Shown: one piece after another, positions 16,917 through 20,000 of the stretch
Position numbering within the stretch: the stretch's first letter is position 1
How the letters are laid out: each line of letters starts with the position of its first letter
Virus record (IMG/VR): IMGVR_UViG_3300036832_000815
DNA length: 20,000 bases
Reading direction: 5' to 3' (one strand)
Origin: an uncultured virus (IMG/VR IMGVR_UViG_3300036832_000815)
Taxonomy: Duplodnaviria > Heunggongvirae > Uroviricota > Caudoviricetes
Notes under the pieces: generated by a model
Database searches by the model: none
What the model was told of the DNA's origin: nothing
The model's input: only the letters and a program-made list of their open reading frames with translations
Made by a program: the position numbers and the translations under genes

Positions 16917-17680
16917 TGCCCCTCGGCACCCGCGCCCCGGATCGAGCCATCATGGTCATCGACGGGCTCAGCGTGGCCGACGCCAAGTGGTTGTCCTCGA
17001 TCGCCGTCATCTACGCCCGTAGGCATGCCCCCAAGCTGACCGGGATCTCGGCGTCGAGGATCATGCCGCTCTACGGCCGGGAGCATTTCGGCCTGCGCTG
17101 GGCCGACGATAGGGTGTGGTTCCAGAACGCCGGGGTGAACCCCTTCGTCATGCGCTCCCTGGCCGGGAAGACTATCCCCATGTGGATCGATGATCCGACC
17201 GGCACCGAGCGCCAGAAGAACCCCAATGCCAAGGTGCGGGTCACCGAGAGTCAAAAGATCCAGGTGCTGATCTTTCGTCGGGTGGGCAGGCGAGGAGACA
17301 AGAAGACCGTCACCCGGCGCACGGGTGGCCAGGTCCAGAAGATCGAGGTGCCCAACTGGAACTTTCCCGGCGCGCCCGGCCGCATCACTATGCGGGAGGC
17401 GGCCCAGCCTCATACCACGCCGGGTCGGGTTGGTGGCCGTATCGCCAAAGGCAACATCGGGTTGCGCTGGTACTTCCCTGGGCTGAGCCCCCGCAACTTC
17501 ATCCAGCACGGGTTGGTCCAGGCATGCAATGCAGCCAACGTCATCCCCGGTCCTATCCATATCGGCTACAACTTCTACTCGGCCCGTGCTTCACTTGGTG
17601 ACAAGATCCCTGCTTATCCCCGGCAACCCATGGCCGAACGGATGAGTAAGATGGCGAAAAGAGGTATGCAATCTACTTAG
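16916..17680 (+). CDS. Basic virion morphogenesis protein (putative neck/tail-completion, HK97 gp10-like position)
   Basis: TGATG overlap. R/K-rich, with ARRHAPKLTG...WFQNAGVNPFVM...RWYFPGLSPRNFI. Sits between the stopper-like and terminator-like genes. Confidence 0.55.
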   Translation: MPLGTRAPDRAIMVIDGLSVADAKWLSSIAVIYARRHAPKLTGISASRIMPLYGREHFGLRWADDRVWFQNAGVNPFVMRSLAGKTIPMWIDDPTGTERQKNPNAKVRVTESQKIQVLIFRRVGRRGDKKTVTRRTGGQVQKIEVPNWNFPGAPGRITMREAAQPHTTPGRVGGRIAKGNIGLRWYFPGLSPRNFIQHGLVQACNAANVIPGPIHIGYNFYSARASLGDKIPAYPRQPMAERMSKMAKRGMQST

Positions 17681-17685
17681 TTCAG

Positions 17686-18351
17686 TTGATGCATGTCATC
17701 ACTTCAGGCTTGAAGAGCGTTTTCCATGGCGACTATGTGTCCATGGACGACCAGCCGGACTTCGCCGGTCTGCACGTCTCCATCGAGTACCCGCTCACTC
17801 CTCAGGACTACCCCGGCGTGTGGGTGGACTTCGAGCCCGAGGGGGAGCTTTCCCGTGGCGGCATCGATGACATCAACACCTACCTGCCGAATGGGGATAC
17901 GTCCCTGACCCCGTTGTACCTGTGGCGTGCCCAGGGTTGGGCCACCTACACCCTGGCCACTCTGACCTCCATGCAACGGGCGCGCCTGCACGATGAGATC
18001 GTGCGGGTGTTCGCCTTCGGCTCCGACCCCACCGTGGCGGCCTTCCGGGACACCATCGAGACCAACGACTACCTGGCCATGAACATGGACTTCGACCGCA
18101 TCGCGGAGCGAGGAGCCTCGGCCACGCCGGGTACGCCCTGGGGGACAGAAGAGATCATCTACGAGACGACATTGGCCATGCAATGCGTGATCGAGTTCTA
18201 CTCCACAGCGAATAAGGACAAGCTCTATCCGCTGTCCGCCATTCAGATTTACTCCACGCCTAAGGATTTGAATACTTGGACCGAAACCAGCCTCGATGCT
18301 AATGGGACATCCATCGGACCAGGCACACCGCCATCAGATGGTTGGCAGTAG
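17686..18351 (+). CDS. Putative tail terminator (start uncertain: 17671, 17686 or 17689)
   Basis: Acidic ~220-aa protein with SIEYP...YPGVWVDF and TLATLTSMQRARLHDEI motifs, immediately upstream of the sheath. Confidence 0.6.
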   Translation: MMHVITSGLKSVFHGDYVSMDDQPDFAGLHVSIEYPLTPQDYPGVWVDFEPEGELSRGGIDDINTYLPNGDTSLTPLYLWRAQGWATYTLATLTSMQRARLHDEIVRVFAFGSDPTVAAFRDTIETNDYLAMNMDFDRIAERGASATPGTPWGTEEIIYETTLAMQCVIEFYSTANKDKLYPLSAIQIYSTPKDLNTWTETSLDANGTSIGPGTPPSDGWQ

Positions 18352-18374
18352 GGGTCGGGGCCTGTCGCTGCTGG

Positions 18375-18398
18375 GATCAGAGCGCCGAAGGAGTGAGA
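18375..18398 (+). promoter_or_regulatory. Repeated 24-bp motif, copy 2 (GATCAGAGCGCCGAAGGAGTGAGA) upstream of the sheath gene
   Basis: Lies in the only long intergenic gap (18352-18483); identical to 13037-13060 at 22 of 24 nt. Confidence 0.5.
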
Positions 18399-18483
18399 AG
18401 CCCGACCAGGGAGACGCGGTTCTGTGTCATCAGCCCAAATGCATGACGCAATCCTGACCTTTGATAAGGGGGCGTGATACGTC

Positions 18484-19959
18484 GTGTCCATCATTGATTT
18501 CACGCAGTACCAGCCTCCCGATGTTTATATCGAGGCTTTGGCGGCCCCACTTGTCGGGGTCACTGGCATCGCTCCTGATGTCATCGGGATTGTTGGTCCA
18601 TCCCTCGGTTACAAGACCACAACGGAGAGCTATGTACTGACCGATACCATCCCGGTCACGCTGAATCAGTTTGGAGCTAATCCAGCCAGTGTGAGCATCA
18701 CCGATGTATCCGGGAATGCATTCCTTCTGACCGACTGGGTCACCACTGTTTTGCACGGTTCAACCCCGGCTCAGAACCAGGTCACGGTGGCTCGGTCCCC
18801 CACCTCGAATATCATCAGCGGCCAGGTGGTCTACATCACCTATCAGTACACCGATGGGAACTACTACCTCCCGGCCACCTATACCGACTACCCCTCGGTG
18901 AAGCGGGACTGGGGCGTCCCGCTCGACCTGACCACCAACGCCATCCTGTCCCCGCTGTCCCTGGCGGCTCAGTTGGCCTTCATCAACGGGGCCAATACCA
19001 TCATCATCTGCCCCACCCAGGACACCGGAGGCGTGGTCACCCGCACCGGCCTGCAAGAGGCGTACCAGACCATGGCCTCCATCGTCCCGCTGGACATCAT
19101 CGTCCCGCTGCCGGTGGGCATCAGTGGCACCTCGGCGCTGCCCGGTGACACCATCAACGTCGGCCTGGACCTGGCCTCCTTCCTGAACCAGCAGGCCCAG
19201 GTGGGCATCTTCGGAGTGGGCCTGGTGGGCTACGACGCGGCCAACACGGTTCCGCCCGACACCATCGCCAGCGGCATCTCCAGCTACCGCATCCAGGAAC
19301 ACTGGCCAAATCAGATGAACTACTTCAACGGCACCAACAACGCCTCGTTCATCATCTCCGGTTACTACCTGGCCGCGGCCTGGGCCGGGGTGCTGGCCTC
19401 CCTGCAGCGCCAGGTGCCGCTGACCAAGAAGAACGTCTCGGGCCTGTCGGGCATCCCCAACTCGGTGTTCACCACCATGACCATGGCCTACAAGAACCAG
19501 CTATCGGCGGCCGGGGTAGCCGTCACCGAGCAGGTGACCGGCGGGGGTCTGCAGATGCGCCACTCGGTCACCACCTCCACGGTGGCCATCACCAGCCGAG
19601 AGCTATCCATCATCCGGGCGGGCGACGGCATGATCGAGATGATCGAGAACACCCTGGTGAACTCCGGTCTCATCGGCAGTGCCTTCACCCCGACCACCCT
19701 GGCCAACGTCAAGAGCCTGGTCCAGGGAGCCCTGGAGGCCCTGCTCAACCAGGGGCTGATCGTGGGCTACACCGGGCTCGGAGTCCAGCAGCAGGCCACC
19801 AACCCTCTCGTCGTCCTGGTGCAGTTCCAGTACCAGCCCGCTTACCCCCTCAACTACATCGTCGTCCAGTACTCGATCGACACCACCACCGGCTCGGTCT
19901 CGACCGTCACCACGGCCCCCGATCCCACGGGTGGCTCCACCGGCAACACCGGCACCTAG
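18484..19959 (+). CDS. Contractile tail sheath protein
   Basis: N-terminal YQPPDVYIE (PGVYxE-type), YYLAAAWAG...PLTKK, ELSIIRAGD and C-terminal FQYQPAYPLNYIVV are sheath hallmarks; 491 aa. Confidence 0.9.
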   Translation: MSIIDFTQYQPPDVYIEALAAPLVGVTGIAPDVIGIVGPSLGYKTTTESYVLTDTIPVTLNQFGANPASVSITDVSGNAFLLTDWVTTVLHGSTPAQNQVTVARSPTSNIISGQVVYITYQYTDGNYYLPATYTDYPSVKRDWGVPLDLTTNAILSPLSLAAQLAFINGANTIIICPTQDTGGVVTRTGLQEAYQTMASIVPLDIIVPLPVGISGTSALPGDTINVGLDLASFLNQQAQVGIFGVGLVGYDAANTVPPDTIASGISSYRIQEHWPNQMNYFNGTNNASFIISGYYLAAAWAGVLASLQRQVPLTKKNVSGLSGIPNSVFTTMTMAYKNQLSAAGVAVTEQVTGGGLQMRHSVTTSTVAITSRELSIIRAGDGMIEMIENTLVNSGLIGSAFTPTTLANVKSLVQGALEALLNQGLIVGYTGLGVQQQATNPLVVLVQFQYQPAYPLNYIVVQYSIDTTTGSVSTVTTAPDPTGGSTGNTGT

Positions 19960-19971
19960 TAAAGGATCGCC

Positions 19972-20000
19972 ATGCAGACCCAGACCAGGCTCGTCGGCTC
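19972..20000 (+). CDS. Probable tail tube protein, 3'-truncated (MQTQTRLVG...)
   Basis: AAAGGA RBS and an ATG 12 nt after the sheath stop; the call is mainly positional. Confidence 0.6.

Noticed and set aside
18352..18483. Structured ncRNA or intrinsic terminator before the sheath
   Set aside because: Only a 7-bp GGTCGGG/CCCGACC pairing with a long loop and no U-tract; insufficient support.
281..19748. Many long minus-strand and alternative-frame ORFs (e.g. 2250..3578, 10660..11586, 12299..12880, 15488..16363)
   Set aside because: They are shadows of GC3-biased + strand genes, fully overlap better ORFs and show no recognisable motifs.
18484..20000. Headless contractile injection system (eCIS/tailocin)
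   Set aside because: Upstream adaptor-, stopper- and terminator-like genes in phage order favour a true myovirus or prophage, although capsid genes are outside the window.
1..20000. CRISPR array, tRNA/rRNA, transposase or intron
   Set aside because: No regularly spaced identical repeats, RNA-gene patterns or mobile-element ORFs were seen; the window is almost fully coding.

Overview
GC-rich, entirely + strand, tightly coupled virion-morphogenesis operon of a probable actinobacterial myovirus. Gene order and motifs resemble, from memory, cluster C mycobacteriophage (Bxz1) or Rhodococcus E3-type phages. The window opens inside a mosaic tail-fibre gene of more than 1990 aa. Four tandem paralogues follow, sharing a ~40-aa linker and a divergent C1q-like head, then two paralogous small proteins (one with an IPT/TIG domain). 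Next come a 500-aa protein of ~21 repeats with an exact 20-aa period, a head-tail adaptor and three small beta-sandwich 'bead'-type proteins. A 783-aa gene fuses two DUF4082-like domains and a beta-repeat stalk to a CxxC/CxxC neck domain. The window ends with two neck/tail-completion genes, the tail sheath and the start of the tail tube. The most interesting signals are a candidate ruler-templated 'beads-on-a-string' neck-fibre system, the C1q-head cassette array with low-GC variable heads, and a repeated 24-bp motif that may be a late promoter. All family calls come from motif recognition; no searches were run.
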